Both the position numbers and the translations under genes were made by a program. A model generated the notes under the pieces. The model searched no databases. It was not told where the DNA came from and worked only from the letters and a program-made list of their open reading frames with translations. DNA of 64,000 bases from Octopus vulgaris (taxonomy: Eukaryota), in the NCBI GenBank assembly GCA_951406725.2, contig OX597831.1:83390001-83454000 (forward strand), given 5' to 3'. Of the stretch, positions 12,600 through 26,700 are shown piece by piece; within the stretch, counting starts at the first letter, position 1, and every line of letters begins with the position of its first letter.

Positions 12600-12933
12600 T
12601 CCACGCAGTTCTCCTTCTCCGCCTCTTCCTGCTTCTCTTCCTCCTCCCCTGCAGCTTCCTCGTTCGGCTTCTCTTGCTGTTTTTCTCCTTATGCTTCAGG
12701 ATGAAGGACCTGGGGGTACGTTTTCCTAATGTGCCCCTTCAGTCCACACTCGAAACAGTTTGGGATTCTGCCCTGGACCGAAACTCTCAGCTTTGTCTCA
12801 TCCGGCAGAATTATAAATTCTGGAATTTCCTCTTGTTCCGCTGGTGTGGCTTGCATTGTCGCCCGAAAACTCCCACCACACCAGTTCTGCACTTCTTTCT
12901 CCTCGAACTCCAGTTACCTCCTTCTTGACCCTG
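12600..12933 (-). mobile_element. LINE ORF1 (gag-like) fragment with zinc knuckle, probably L1/Tx1 type
   Basis: ORF 12689-12892 reads IPEFIILP...VSVQGRIPNCFECGLKGHIRKTYP, a CX2CX4HX4C knuckle with the last Cys lost. Confidence 0.65.
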
Positions 12934-13870
12934 CTTCAAAACAGATTTATCGATGACCATGTGATCCTTGGTACCCCGAGAACTCTTCCTACATCCTTTT
13001 TTGTTCCCTTAGTAGTATTTCTTTCTGCGCCAGGAAAGTGTGTCTTTGCCGCACGTATTCCAGTGAGTACCTTCAAGATTATGTTTAGGCATGCTATGGG
13101 ACGATAGTTTCCCACGATATTCCCCTTTCTTCTATCTTTCATTATAAGTGTTGTCCTCCCACTCACCATCCACGCGGGAACTGTACCTTTCTGGACACAC
13201 TCACTCAATTGGGCTGCTAGTCTTTCATGCACCGCGTGGCATCTCTTCATCCAGAAGCCACGAATCCCATCTGGTCCGGAAGATTTCCGGTTAGGTCCTT
13301 TACCCACTTGTTCTTTCACATCACCCGTGCTTATGACAATATTCCCTTGTTTCTTTCCTCCTTGTAATTCTGTCTGGATAGATCATATCAACATTGCCTC
13401 CCTTTTATGCAACACATTGTTTCCTCATAATCCACTCCCGAACTCCTTGGCTTGATTTGCATCAGGAGCAACATTTTCTCCATTGTCTCCTAACGTTCAG
13501 AAGAATTGCTTCGGGTTATTTTTAAACAATCTTTTCTCTTCGAACTGCTTATTTCTGTTCACAAATCTTCTTACCCTCTGGCTTTTTGCCATGATCTTCT
13601 GTTTTAACTGCTCCATTACTGCATCAAACCCGTTCTTCTCTAATTTATATTTCTTCTCTAATTTTTCTCGGTCGGTCTCTTTCCCATTTTCCCAGTTTCC
13701 TCTTAACCATTGCTCAAATTTTGCTAGATCTTGCCTTGCCGCATTAGATCCCTTGGTCCTTTTGCTCTACCCTTTTTTGTTCTCTTAAGTTGTAATTCCT
13801 CTTCAACAAGTAGCGCAGTAGCTCGAAGATTCCTAGTTGGCGTTGCCCTCCGTCTGGATGTATGCTATGA
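12934..13870 (-). mobile_element. R4/Dong-like retrotransposon fragment (RT N-terminal part, distinct subfamily)
   Basis: KSSGPDGIRGFWMK..P.WMVSGRTTLIMKD..NYRPIACL, and in another frame KGCRKSSRGTKDHMVIDK. A (TTA)n tract at 13875-13951 lies at its 5' side. Confidence 0.85.
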
Positions 13871-13871
13871 C

Positions 13872-13953
<82 letters not shown>

Positions 13954-14337
13954 TTGTATGTGTATTTTAAACTTCTAATGTTGATATTTGAATTGACTTA
14001 ATTACAACTATTCTTACATTCTTACATTTTCTGATAATCTTTTCATCAATTAATTGTTACATTAAAGTTTGTGACAACCGACATTTAAAATACAGACAAT
14101 ATTTTACGAATATCGACATTGTTTGTCTCTTAAAAGTTTCCGTTGTCGTATTGTCATTGTCTTCTTTCATTGAGGGTCGGAAAAATGTTTATAACTGTCG
14201 TAAACTAGGTTATATCATGGTGAAGTATGCTATTGCTGTGATAAAGTTGGATATATAGGCACGATCGCTGATTTTCAAAATTTCCCTTGATTGTATGAAC
14301 GAAAAAGCTTTAATTTTTCATTACGCGCACGCACACG

Positions 14338-14411
<74 letters not shown>

Positions 14412-14912
14412 GGAACAAACTGAGATACATAGACAGACATACAGATATATGTCCTGCTGTATTCTCGCTTTATTTTGATTCCAATTTATTTGGCCTTTTT
14501 TCAGTTTATTTTGCTTAATTTATTGAGTTTTAACTGATTTTATTGTTTTATTTATCTGTCTTGATCAAATTCCCATTCCAGCCTCACCTTTTATAAAAAA
14601 ATAAACTCAATTAGTTGGTCAAGTTAGAAAGTTAGACGATCGAGGTTAACAAAACTAATTATAAAAATATTTGTCTGTCCATCTCTCGGTTATCGTTCCT
14701 TGTGTGTCATATGAGAAATGTTATACAGTCAGAGCCGCCATATTTAATTCAATGATATCCTTTGATTCTTCCTCAACAGTTTCAGACGTATTTAATAGCC
14801 ATCCTTCTCGTTCTATTACTTTGTAATTACAGTCTGGAAACTAAAATAGAAATGTTTTATACGAGATGTTATAGTGTTTTCTTCTTTCCCATTCATTATC
14901 TGTTTATCTGCG

Positions 14913-14989
<77 letters not shown>

Positions 14990-15399
14990 TGTATGTATGT
15001 ATGTATGTATGTATGTATGTATGTATATGTATGTATATACATACATATACATGCATATTTATATATATATATATTTATATGTACATACATATATATGTAT
15101 ATATACATACATACATAATGTATGTATGTATGTATGTATGTATATCTGTATGTGTATATATCTATGTACTTGTTTATACAATTCTCTGCTGTATTTTAAT
15201 CATATCCATGTATTTCTGCATTAGTTTGTTAAAAGGAGAGCAGTGTCCACCCTGTACACAGGCTCTTCAAGGCTTCTGAAATAGAATACACGATTCAGAC
15301 GTCTGTAAATCTAAGTCTGTGCTAATGTAACAGATTATTATTACATTATTATTATTGCACACTTCACTTGTCAGAGCTCTGAAGTTAACTTGCTCTGGT

Positions 15400-15710
15400 T
15401 GATTCTGTAAGAGCGGACAACAACCTGTTGTCAAGGATCTTTCACAGAGTCTCTTTCCACAATACTTAACATCCGAGTAGCCATCTCAAAATCATCTCTT
15501 TGATCCCGTTGTCACCGAGACACGCTTTGTTTATTATCATGCAAGTTCTTTCTTTTTTATTCACCACAACAACGTCCGGTTTCCGATATCTGATCAGGTA
15601 ATCTCACTGAATCATTGTATCGCACAAGATTTTGCAGTCTTCATTGTCGGTGACTGTTTCTGGGGTTTGATAATACCACGTCTTTGTTCTTTGTAGGCCG
15701 TGATTTCCGT
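15400..15710 (-). mobile_element. R4/Dong-like endonuclease (RLE) fragment
   Basis: Minus strand reads KTWYYQTPETVTDNEDCKILCDTMIQ*DYLIRYRKPDVVVVNKKERTC, similar to 18270-18410 (plus). Confidence 0.75.
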
Positions 15711-16074
15711 TGGTAAAAGAACAGTATTACTCATATTTGGGTGTCAAGATAGGAGACCAAAATAAAAGTTGGGCACCACATATCTGTTGCACAATATATA
15801 TCAATGGTCTTCCAAGATGGTCTTTGGGAAAGTCAAGAAGTATGTAGTTTGGCATTCCAATGATTTGGCGTGAACCACAAGACCACCATTCTGTCTTGTA
15901 GATGTTAAAGATAAGTGTGTTTTTATTTACATTAAACCTAGCATATATTTGTCTAAATATATTTATTTTTATTCCATACATTAAATATAGGAAATGCTAT
16001 AATATAATTTATTTTCTTAATAAGTATAACAACGAAGGGTGCGTCGTCGGTGGTGTATCCGAATCTGAAATCCG

Positions 16075-17245
16075 CAATAAACTCGCGCGCAGTCGCAGTA
16101 GTTTGGTATGGCGCTGGAATTCTGAAGTGGACAGAGGAAGAGCTAAAGGAGATGGACAGGAAGTCAAGAAAGCTCTTAATGATGCACGAAGCCTATCATC
16201 CATGTTCAGACACTGACTGCCTATACAAGAAGAGAGCAAACGTAGGAAGGGGACTAAGTGTGGAAGACTGCATGTGTATCGAACTAGAGAGCCCGAAGTA
16301 AGGAAACTTTGCTAGTGACAGGAACGAGGGAGTATTGAGAGCAGAGAAAAATGGGAAAACAAAGAAAGGACATGAAAAAGAATTACAAAAAGGACACGAA
16401 GAAGAATTATGCAAGAAGGGACTATACAATCAATTCCATGCAGCCACATCAAAGGTTGGAGGAAAAATATGTGACATTGGCTGATGAAAGGAACACTAAA
16501 AAGAGAGACCGAGAACACTATACTGGCAGCGCAAGACCAAGCTTTGATATTGAACCGGAGGGTCAACTTTAGGAATGAGCAGGTGTCCCCGCTGTGCCAC
16601 ATCTGCAATAGAATGGATTAAAATAATTGCTCCAGACTTGACCAAAACTACTACAAGTTGTGGCGACACGACCAGGTAGCGATAGTGCTACATTGGAAAC
16701 TGTGCGAAAAGTGGGGGCTAGAGAGAGACAAGACGGGGTATGAGCACAAACCGGAGAGAGTGGCGGAGTCGGAGATAGGCAAAATCCTCTGGGATTTCCA
16801 AAGCCAAACAGATCAGGTGCTAAAGCATAACAGACCGGACCTAGTTTTGGTGGACAAGGTGCACCACATGTGATATATATAGTTGATGTTGCGTACCCCT
16901 TTGACCCACAAATAGTCAAGAAGGAAAGTGAAAAGATAGATAGATACAGCCCTCTTGAGTACGGGCCGTCTATGGAAAATGAAGACGGTAGAGATAGTGC
17001 TAATTAGTGTTGGATCCTTGGGGAACAGTACCAGAAGGCATTAAGAGGAATATAAAGGAAATTGGAATAGAGTGCCCTGTGGAACTGTTACAAAAGGTTT
17101 GCCTCCTTGGCACGGCCAGAATAATCAGGAAAGTATTAGATAGCTGATAAGAACAGATAGTATGGTACGATAGGCTGCAGGTAGTAAGCCTGCTATGCAT
17201 GCATGACTCCAGGAGCTTCAACAAAACCTGTGAAAAAGAGAAAAT
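16075..17245 (+). mobile_element. Decayed R4/Dong-like retrotransposon, 3' half
   Basis: INSRAVAVVWYGAGILKWT..MDRKSRK, LKRETENTILAAQDQAL, RHDQVAIVLHW..KILWDF..NRPDLVL and LQKVCLLGTARIIRKVL, then a UTR and a tga/taa tail. Confidence 0.85.
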
Positions 17246-17298
17246 GATAATAATAAAAATGATGATGATGATGATGATGTTGATAATAATAATAATAA

Positions 17299-17831
17299 TG
17301 GAATAACAACAGAAAAAAATGGTATAGGCACACACCAGAAAAGATCACAGAAAACGAGAAAGCAACTATACTCTGGGATATGCCAATACACACAGATAGA
17401 GAAATTAAGGCCAACAGACCAGATATAGTTGTCAGAGATCATGAAGAAAAAAATGCTTTCTAATTGATGTATCAATACCAGCAGATGACAACGTGTCTCT
17501 AAAAAAAATGGAGAAACTTTCAAAATACAAAGACCTGGAAATAGAGGTAACTCGAATGTGGAATCTAAAAACAGAAACAATCCCTATCAGAGTAGGCGCA
17601 TTAGGCATGATAAAAAAATATTCAGACAAATACATAACAAAAACACCAGGACTTACAAACACATATAACATACAGAAAATTACACTACTGGGCACTAAAC
17701 ACATCCTACGCAAAACACTTTCAATACAGTAACCATCAGAGCACCACAACAAAGTACAGCACATACCCAAGGCACACAGAGCTGCGCTCGGTAGTGAAGT
17801 GAAAGCACGATATAAAACAAAAAAACTACTA
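17299..17831 (+). mobile_element. 5'-truncated Dong-like copy (subfamily C; RLE and 3' UTR)
   Basis: Near-identical to 21115-21646. Reads KYKDLEIEVTRMW..LLGTKHILRK and is bounded by (TAA)n on both sides. Confidence 0.9.
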
Positions 17832-17888
17832 AATAATAATAATAATAACAACAACAACAACAGCAACAACAACAACAACAACAACAAC

Positions 17889-17957
<69 letters not shown>

Positions 17958-17959
17958 CG

Positions 17960-18745
17960 AGATAATGGAAAAGGAAATGAAAGATCAACTGAGGATGGAG
18001 TATTTCCGAAGACTGAGGTTTGTGTTGCGCTCAAATCCAAACAGTTAATACGTGGGCGACAGCATCACTTCGGTATGGAGTGGGAATTATAAAATGGCAA
18101 AAACAATGGTAAGAATAGATACAAAGGCCCGGAAAATGTTAACAGTACACGGAGCCTTCCACCATAAGAGTGACACCGACAGGTTGTACTTAACCAGAAG
18201 AAAGGGTGGGAGAAGTTTGATCAATGGCTAGGACCGTATCGAAGCAGAAATCACAGCCTACAAAGAGCAAAGACGTGGTATGAGCAAACTCCAGAAGGAG
18301 TCAGCGAAAATGAGAATTGCAAAATCCTGTGGGATGCAATGATCCATGCGATCACCTGACTAGACATCAGAAACCAGACATTGTTGTGGTGAATAAAAAA
18401 GAAAGAACATATGACAGCAGGATCAATGTGAAAGAAGAAGAAAAAATAAGCAACTATAACGATTTGAAGTGGAAAATACGAAGGTTGTGGTCAATGAAGA
18501 GAGTAGACGTGATACCAACAGTAACTGATGCACTTGGAAGTATCAGCACTCAGCTACCAACATGGCTGAAAGAGACTGGTGCAAGTGTAAAGGTAGAACA
18601 ACTACAAAGATCAGCATTACTTGGAACTGCAAGAATTCTCCACAGGGTTCTTGAAGCATCACCAGTAACACAAGTGTCACCTTAGTCTGCTGGCTGTGGA
18701 CAGCTGACACTTTCCATCATACCCGGCAAAATAAGCTGAGTCTTT
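17960..18745 (+). mobile_element. Decayed, internally deleted Dong-like copy (another subfamily)
   Basis: HGAFHHKSDTDRLYL..GGR, KPDIVVVNKKE and QRSALLGTARILHRVL, ending at (TAA)n 18750-18832. Confidence 0.8.
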
Positions 18746-18750
18746 ATATG

Positions 18751-18822
<72 letters not shown>

Positions 18823-18832
18823 GTAATAATAA

Positions 18833-21646
18833 TGTGCAAATACATCACAGAAAAAGATTTACCTGAGATAAAAGAAAAGCTGAAGCAAGATATCCTTGCC
18901 AAAGCACAAAGGATCCACCGGTACGAGAAACGCCAGCACTTCTTTGAACAAAACAAACAGTTCAACTCCAACCCCCAAAAGTTCTACCAAGAACTTGGCA
19001 AAAATAAAATAGAAATCACTGCAGCACCAACGGCAGAAGAAGTGGAAGAATTCTGGAGAGAAATATGGTTGGCGAACGAACAACAAAAAAAAGGAATATT
19101 AAAACAACAAACTCAGCATCTGAGCAACTTTGGACCCCCATAACAACTGAAGAGGTCACCCAGGCACTGCAAAGACTAAGCAACTGGAAGGTACCTGGGC
19201 ATGACAAGATCCCCAACTTCTGATTGAAATATCTGATAGGAATGCACAAAAAGCTGGCTGAAAACTTTAACAACATACTGGCAGAACCAGAGACAATGCC
19301 TGAATGGCTCACGAAGGGGAAAACCATCTTAATTCCCAAATCCAATGAGACAGCAAAACCAGAAAACTATAGACCTATAACCTGTCTCCCTACAATGTAC
19401 AAAGCATTTACTGCAGTAATATCGCAAAGATTGAACAACCACCTGGACGAAAACAACCTGTTTCCAGAAGAGCAGAAAGGATGCCGCAAGGCTGTAAAGA
19501 TCAACTAATGATCAATGAAGCCATAATTGAAGACAGCCACAGAAAGAAGAAAGGCCTCAGTACGGCTGGATCGACTACAGAAAGGCGTTTGATAGCATCC
19601 CCCGTACATGGATCCTCGAAACACTAGCCATTAACAAAGTAGCACCAACAATTATAAAATACATAGGACACTCTATGAATAAATGGCAAACAGTGCTACA
19701 GCTCCAAACAAAAGAGGGACTCGTGAAAACCAAAGCCATCCCCATTAGAAGAGGAATATTCCAGGGAGACACGCTCTCTCCACTCCTTTCCTGCTTGGCA
19801 CTGTCATCTCCATCGGATTTGCTAAATAGAACTGGATGCGGATATAAATGTTACGGCAAAACGATCAGCCACCTTTTATATATGGATGACCTAAAACTAT
19901 ACGCTACAAATGACAAACAGCTGGAAACACTACTAAAGACAGTTCATGGATTTACCACAGAAATAGATATAAAATTTGGATTAGAAAAATGCGCCAAAGT
20001 AACCCTGAAAAGAGGAAAACTAGTTAAGAGTAGCAACGTCACACTAGATAAAGCCAATGAAATAAGAGAATTAGACCAAAGCCAAACTTACAAATACTTA
20101 GGAATCCATGAACTAGATAAGACACAACACACACAAATGAAAGAGAAAATAAAAAAAGAATATTATAGACGAGTTAGATCAATACTAAAACAGAGCTCAA
20201 TGCTAAAAACAAGATAATAGGTATTAACGCTTTAGCCGTCCAAAGCCATCCCCATTAGAAGAGGAATATTCCAGGGAGATACACTCTCTCCACTCCTTTC
20301 CTGCTTGGCACTGCCACCTCTATTTGATATGCTAAATAGAACTGGATGCGGATATAAATGTTACGGCAAAACGATCAGCCACCTTTTATATACAGCTAAA
20401 TGAACTAACAAGATAGGAAAATAAGAAAAATAATGACAGGATCTAGGATGCATCACCCAAAATCTGACATAGAAAGGCTATATATACAACGTATAGAAGG
20501 TGGTAGAGGCCTTATACAGCTGGAAAACTATTATAAAATAACCACCATAGGACTTCAAAAATATCTACTTCAGATGGAAGGAAAACTGATACAAATAGCG
20601 GCAAAACACGAGAAAAATAAAAAAATTGTTGTAGGTATTTAAGGAAGCTGACAAATATAAACAAGAAATCATACCACCTAACAAATATGTAGAAGAAGAA
20701 GAAGAAGAAAACACAACAAAAGCTATAAAACAAATGAAATCCAAACTAAAACTAGAACAGCAACGGACCATGATAAAACGATGGCAAGAAAACCCCCTTC
20801 ATGGCAAATTCTGGACTAAATTAAATGCAAAATAAATAGACAAAGAAAAATCCCAGCAATGGTTGAGAAGCTCAGGATTCAAAGCAGAGACAGAGGGATT
20901 TTTAATTGCAGCACAAGACCAAAGCCTCCCCACCAGAAATTACCAAAAACATGTAATGAAAAGAAATATAACAAGTAACTGCAGAATATGTGGAGATGGA
21001 CAAGAAACAATAAATCATATTATCTCTAGCTGCCCAGTCCTGGCTAAGAAGGAATATATTCACAGGCACGACAGAGTTGGGACCTATATACACTGGAAAC
21101 TATGCCAACATTATGGAATAACAACAGAAAAAAGATGGTATAGGCACACACCAGAAAAGGTCACAGAAAACGAGAAAGCAGCCATACTCTGAGATATGCC
21201 AATACACACAGATAGAGAAATTAAGGCCAACAGACCAAATATAGTTGTCAGAGATCATGAAGAAAAAAATGCTTTCTAATTGATGTATCAATACCAGCGG
21301 ATGACAACGTGTCTCTAAAAGAAATGGAGAAACTTTCAAAATACAAAGACCAGGAAATAGAGGTAACTCGAATGTGGAACCTAAAAACAGAAACAATTCC
21401 TATCATAGCAGGTACATTAGGTATGATAAAAAAATATTCAGACAAATGCATAACAAAAACACCAGGACTTGCAAACACATATAACATACAGAAAATTGCA
21501 CTACTAGGCACTGCACACATCCTACGCAGAAAACTTTTCATACAATAACCATCAGAGCATCACAACAAATCACAGCACATACCCAAGGCACACAGAGCTG
21601 CGCTCGGTAGTGAAGTGATAGCACGATATAAAAAAATATACTACTG
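18833..21646 (+). mobile_element. 5'-truncated R4/Dong-like retrotransposon (subfamily C) with RT, CCHC knuckle, RLE and 3' UTR; frameshifted
   Basis: NYRPITCLP, GIFQGDTLSP, HLLYMDD, YKYLG, AAQDQSLPTRNY, CRIC..HIISSC..RHD and KIALLGTAHILR. (TAA)n lies upstream and (TAA/CAA)n at 21647-21770 downstream. Confidence 0.93.
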
Positions 21647-21664
21647 AATAATAATAATAATAAT

Positions 21665-21698
<34 letters not shown>

Positions 21699-23382
21699 GC
21701 AACAACAACAACAACAATAATAACAACAATAATAATAATAATAATAATAATAACAACAATGATGATGATAACGGGATTGAGAAATATAGTTTTAACACAT
21801 AAGCTTTAACATATAAAGAGGCGCGTAACAAACTCGATCTAATTGGTTGAGTCTCGAGAATGTGAATCGTGTGTTAGGCATCCCAAAATAATGAACTGTA
21901 TTAGTCTATGATACAGTTGTACTCCCCTCTATACAAAATATCCGTTCATTAAACAATACAGATATTGCATTCTAAGAAATTGTATACAGGTTATATTTAA
22001 CACTCAGAAGGATTAACGGCATTACTTGTCATTAAGATGCACGAAGACGGAACCGGAAATGAATAGATTTAAATCATCTGCTGCTTAGACAATGGTGTGA
22101 GAACCGGAAACACAGCTTTAATTAATGATGGCTCTTACAGACTGAGAGAAAATATTAAGACCTTTGAGAATATAGCTAATACAGAGCATCTTAACACAGC
22201 AAGTGACTTTTTAACAACTTCGTCCCATCTATTTCTCTTTCTGAGGTCAATTATTTCCCGTGAACACAAAGGGCTGAACAACAGATTTGGGACATAAATA
22301 AGAGTGTGTCAATTTCCCATTGAAATCGGTTTACTTAATCCCCAATATTTTTAGAGATAAGTATAAATGCCACAAAATACTGCCTCCTCTGTCTAAAACA
22401 TTTCTCTTTCAACAAATAACGCATTTTAATCCCACTGATAGACATTGTGTGTAAAATGTGCGACAAAAATTGTTCCCGTGGAAAAGGTAAAAGGCAAAAA
22501 ACAGTTAAAGCCAGACTGAAGTAATTCCACACAACTTGAACGGAAAATAGTTTTGAGCGGTGGGGCAAGGATTACACAAATTCCTCATAACTTCATTTCT
22601 TTAAAGTTTCATAAAAACTTGAAAGAGGGAGAAGGGAGGGGATGACAGAGAGTGAGGGGAAAGAGGGCATGGAGAAGGAAGAAAGGGAGAAAAGAGAGAG
22701 AAAGAGAGGAAGGAGAGAGAGGAAAGAGAGAGAGAAAAGAGAGATTCCTGGCTGTTTCTATTCTTGGTTTAAACCATTTTATTTACGCCGTTAATATTCT
22801 TTAAACAACCCCAAACATCAGGGATTCCAGTTTAAACAAACCCCAAACTCTTTACTGGTCACTGATTGCAGTCAAATTATGCTCTTCTCACTAAAACATA
22901 TTTTCAACTTTAATTTTTCCTTAATGAATGAAGACAATACAGAAAATCAAGAAAACATATTTAAACCTGGTTTCTCTTATAACTTCATGAAAGATAATCT
23001 GGGAACGAGTTGCAGCAGAGGGACAATAAAAGAACATGAACATCAATGAACAGATTGGGGCAGGTGGGGGGGGGGGGAGAATCGACGATTGGGACTTCCA
23101 GTTTAGTTCTTCTTTTCAACAACAAAGACAAATGTGAAATATTTTAGTTTCAAAGCATGAATATTTTATAGCAAACGAGAAGTTTGTCAATTCTTTCTAA
23201 ACTAAATAGAAATAGATCCATCCGATAATTGCTAAAAATCTTTAATTTCCAGTTGCTGTCGCGGTTGTTGCTGTCCGCGGAGTAGCAGTGTGTGTGTGTG
23301 TTTTCATCAAATCTACTCTCGTTTATTACTTCATGATTAAGTCACTCTCAAGTTTCGAAGGGAATAAAAGACATTACTTATG

Positions 23383-23441
<59 letters not shown>

Positions 23442-23780
23442 CCGTTGCATCATGCATGTTATTCATATTTTGTGAAGTCAAACATCAAACACAATATCTC
23501 CACACGACTCCAAGTTCGCTGAGTTTTATACGTGAGACTTTGAAAAGAAACCTGTTAATGAAATAGAGGTTAGAAGTGATAGTGATGTATCTGTGTGCAG
23601 TGTAGCCGCAAACTGAATCCATCCAAACTGCAGAGTGAAGAACATTGTAAAATATATAAAACAAATAACAATAAAATTGTTCGTTGTTAACAGTTATTTA
23701 ACACCGTTGATATAACAGCTCAGTGCTTAACAAAGCTCCTCACATACGCACATATTAAAGCAACTATATACATACACATA

Positions 23781-23817
<37 letters not shown>

Positions 23818-24160
23818 TTTCTCTCACACACTCGTATATCTAATATGGTGAAAACGCAGACACGTATAAAGTTTATGTTTTACGATGATTTCTTAGAAGT
23901 GTTCCATCTCCCATCTACCAATGCTGCGTACAACAAAGAATTAATACGAATCAAGGAACTGTAAAAGAACAATGGAATTGTACACCAACGGAATGGTGCA
24001 CAATACAATGTCGGAAGTCAACTGAAAAATAACGCAAACATTCAAAACAAAAAAGTATGATGATGCACACACATTTATTTACAAACACGTACACATACTG
24101 ATATATACATACTTACATACACACACATACATGAATATACATACATACGTATATGCGTGT

Positions 24161-24231
<71 letters not shown>

Positions 24232-24272
24232 CTTGTACACATACACACGCTAATAAACACATACCATTACAA

Positions 24273-24357
<85 letters not shown>

Positions 24358-24526
24358 CGAAATAGTGAAGAGAATGATAATTGTTTATGATATAGGCAGT
24401 CATACGTACGTGTGTATATATGTGTCTGTCTATAGAGAAAGAAGGAAGGACGAGAAAAGAGAGAAGAAGAAGTATTGAGGGAAAGAGAGGGAAGTTAAAG
24501 AGGGAGAGAGAGAGAGAGATAAAGAA

Positions 24527-24565
<39 letters not shown>

Positions 24566-26099
24566 TTGAAGACGTATTTTCCCATTATAGAAATCCGACA
24601 CATTTTGCAAAGTTGATTGCGATGAGATATTTGGTGAGAGACCGGAATAATTAGTGAGAGATGTGAAGCCAGCCTGGCCTCACCACAATCCGTTCATTTG
24701 AAAGAGCTCAACGCTAATCTTATTCCTCGATTCTTTGGAAATGTTTAAATAGATCGTTATGTAAGCAAAAGTATGAGATAAAAGACTGATTAAGTGAAAA
24801 GTGTTTAAATAGATAATCCTTGTGTTCGGAGAGAAGATAACTTTAATAGTTTTTTGAGATGCCTGGATACATTTACGATTCCGGTATTTTTATTACTTTT
24901 GGAAGGTCGGTGTTATGAAATTACTTATGAACAAGTAACTCTTTTGAAATTGTAAGACATTATAGCACATTCTTGCAATACCTTTTCGCCATATTCAGCA
25001 TTCGTTCTTCCGAATCGTTGCCAAGTTTCCACCGTAACTGATCAACTTATGCGTGCTGCTTTCATCTTTTCACGGATTCTTAGTTTACAGCAGAGTTATG
25101 CTAGACTTAGATATTGTTCTGCTATATCTATTATTTCAATTGTTATTCTGCTTACACTTTTACGAAGCTTCTTCCAAGAAACTACATATTAGTTTCCAAT
25201 TTAGTTCATCTTGTGAAGCAGTCCTATCAATTTGGAGGGGACGCAATTTGGCCGGTGGCAGTTCCACTGGCTTCAAATGCAAAAGAAAACGCTTTTCAGA
25301 TTCTTTCTTTCTCTTCCTCAACATTTGTTTCCTCTTTTACAGCTACACTTTAGAATATTTATATTTTTATAAATTTACCGAAAATCTATTTGAAAATCGA
25401 AACTAATAGTAGTAGCTAGGCTAGATGTACATCGTGGAAGAATGTCATTGATGTGAATGAAAAGTTCTACATTCCTTAGTTGTCTTCGAGACGAAAGGTA
25501 GAGAAACTTGAGAAACATTTCAAGTGGTATGGACAAATAAAAAAAAAATTAATTTCTAAAATTAACCAAAGTGAACGTCCCCAAAACTCCAGTTCAATGC
25601 AAGGATAGTTTGAAAGATGTAATATGGTTCAATTCAGCAGAGATATCGATTTCTGAAATACAACAGAGAAAATATGGAAAAACAGAAAATTGAAGCAGAA
25701 TTCCGCAAACATTCAAGACAAATGTGAATTTTATAATTTGTTGAATCTAATGTTCTTAGGGAAAGGATGCGCCCATTTCTTCCTAAGTTGAATCTAGTTG
25801 AGATATTGGAATCCACCTGCAAGCTAACCTCCACGGAAAACTTGCCAGTCTGGGTTATACCCGATGTAAAGAAAGTAATGTCTGTTTTAAGTGACGTAAA
25901 CTAAACTAGTTGCAACAGATGTCTTTTATGACTTTTGAATTGAATCAGAGAAACACGAGAAAAAAATATTGAAATAAATATTGCAGAAAGGTACGGAAAA
26001 AAAAAAGTGAATGTTTAATCAGAATGTGATGAAATCTTTTCTGAACGAAATGTTCGATATTTTCGATCAAACTTTTTTTTTTTTACATGAACTCACTTG

Positions 26100-26700
26100 A
26101 ATGTATTTCATTTATTACATTCAGGTGTGATGTATGTCAAAACCTGCAAAATACCGAGAAGTATAACTTACGGTATGAGTTGATCTCTCATTAAGGTCAA
26201 TTTTGTCTTTTATCGACCTCAGTATGTGAGTGTTACTTAACGAATTGTAACCGTCACTCGCGAGCAAGTGTGACTTTGCAGCATGAACCATTCCTTCTCT
26301 ATTTTTGGTGCCCTTGAAGTCTGAAGCAGAAATCGGTTACCTCACAGCTTTCACATCCTCTTCTCAATGGTAGAGTGAGCACCAGTCAGACACTAAAATC
26401 TTTAAAATAATCGACTCTGCAAGAAATACAAACAAATTTTAAATGGATCAGAAATAATTTGATCTGGAAATTATTTTATAGAGGAGGATTTTCAGAAAAA
26501 TGGTGAATCAATGCAAATAAATATCGGAGAAAAAATAAAAACATTCACAGAGTGCTGATTATTTTTTCAGTTGATTCCCTAAAACAAAGAAGAGAGAACT
26601 AGTCTACAGATTAAGGCGAAAATTCTTGTAAAGGTTTTGTGTACACGAAATCTTAACAAAGTCCTGCATCATTTTAGGAGATAAACTCGAAGGCTTTCGA
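26100..26700 (+). pseudogene. Possible highly decayed DDE integrase relic (Gypsy/Ginger-like)
   Basis: Short conceptual peptides occur in integrase order: RCDVCQ (~26124), TSQLSHPLLNGRV (~26340; cf. T..YHPQ.NG.VE) and GDKLE (~26678). There is no intact ORF. Confidence 0.3.
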
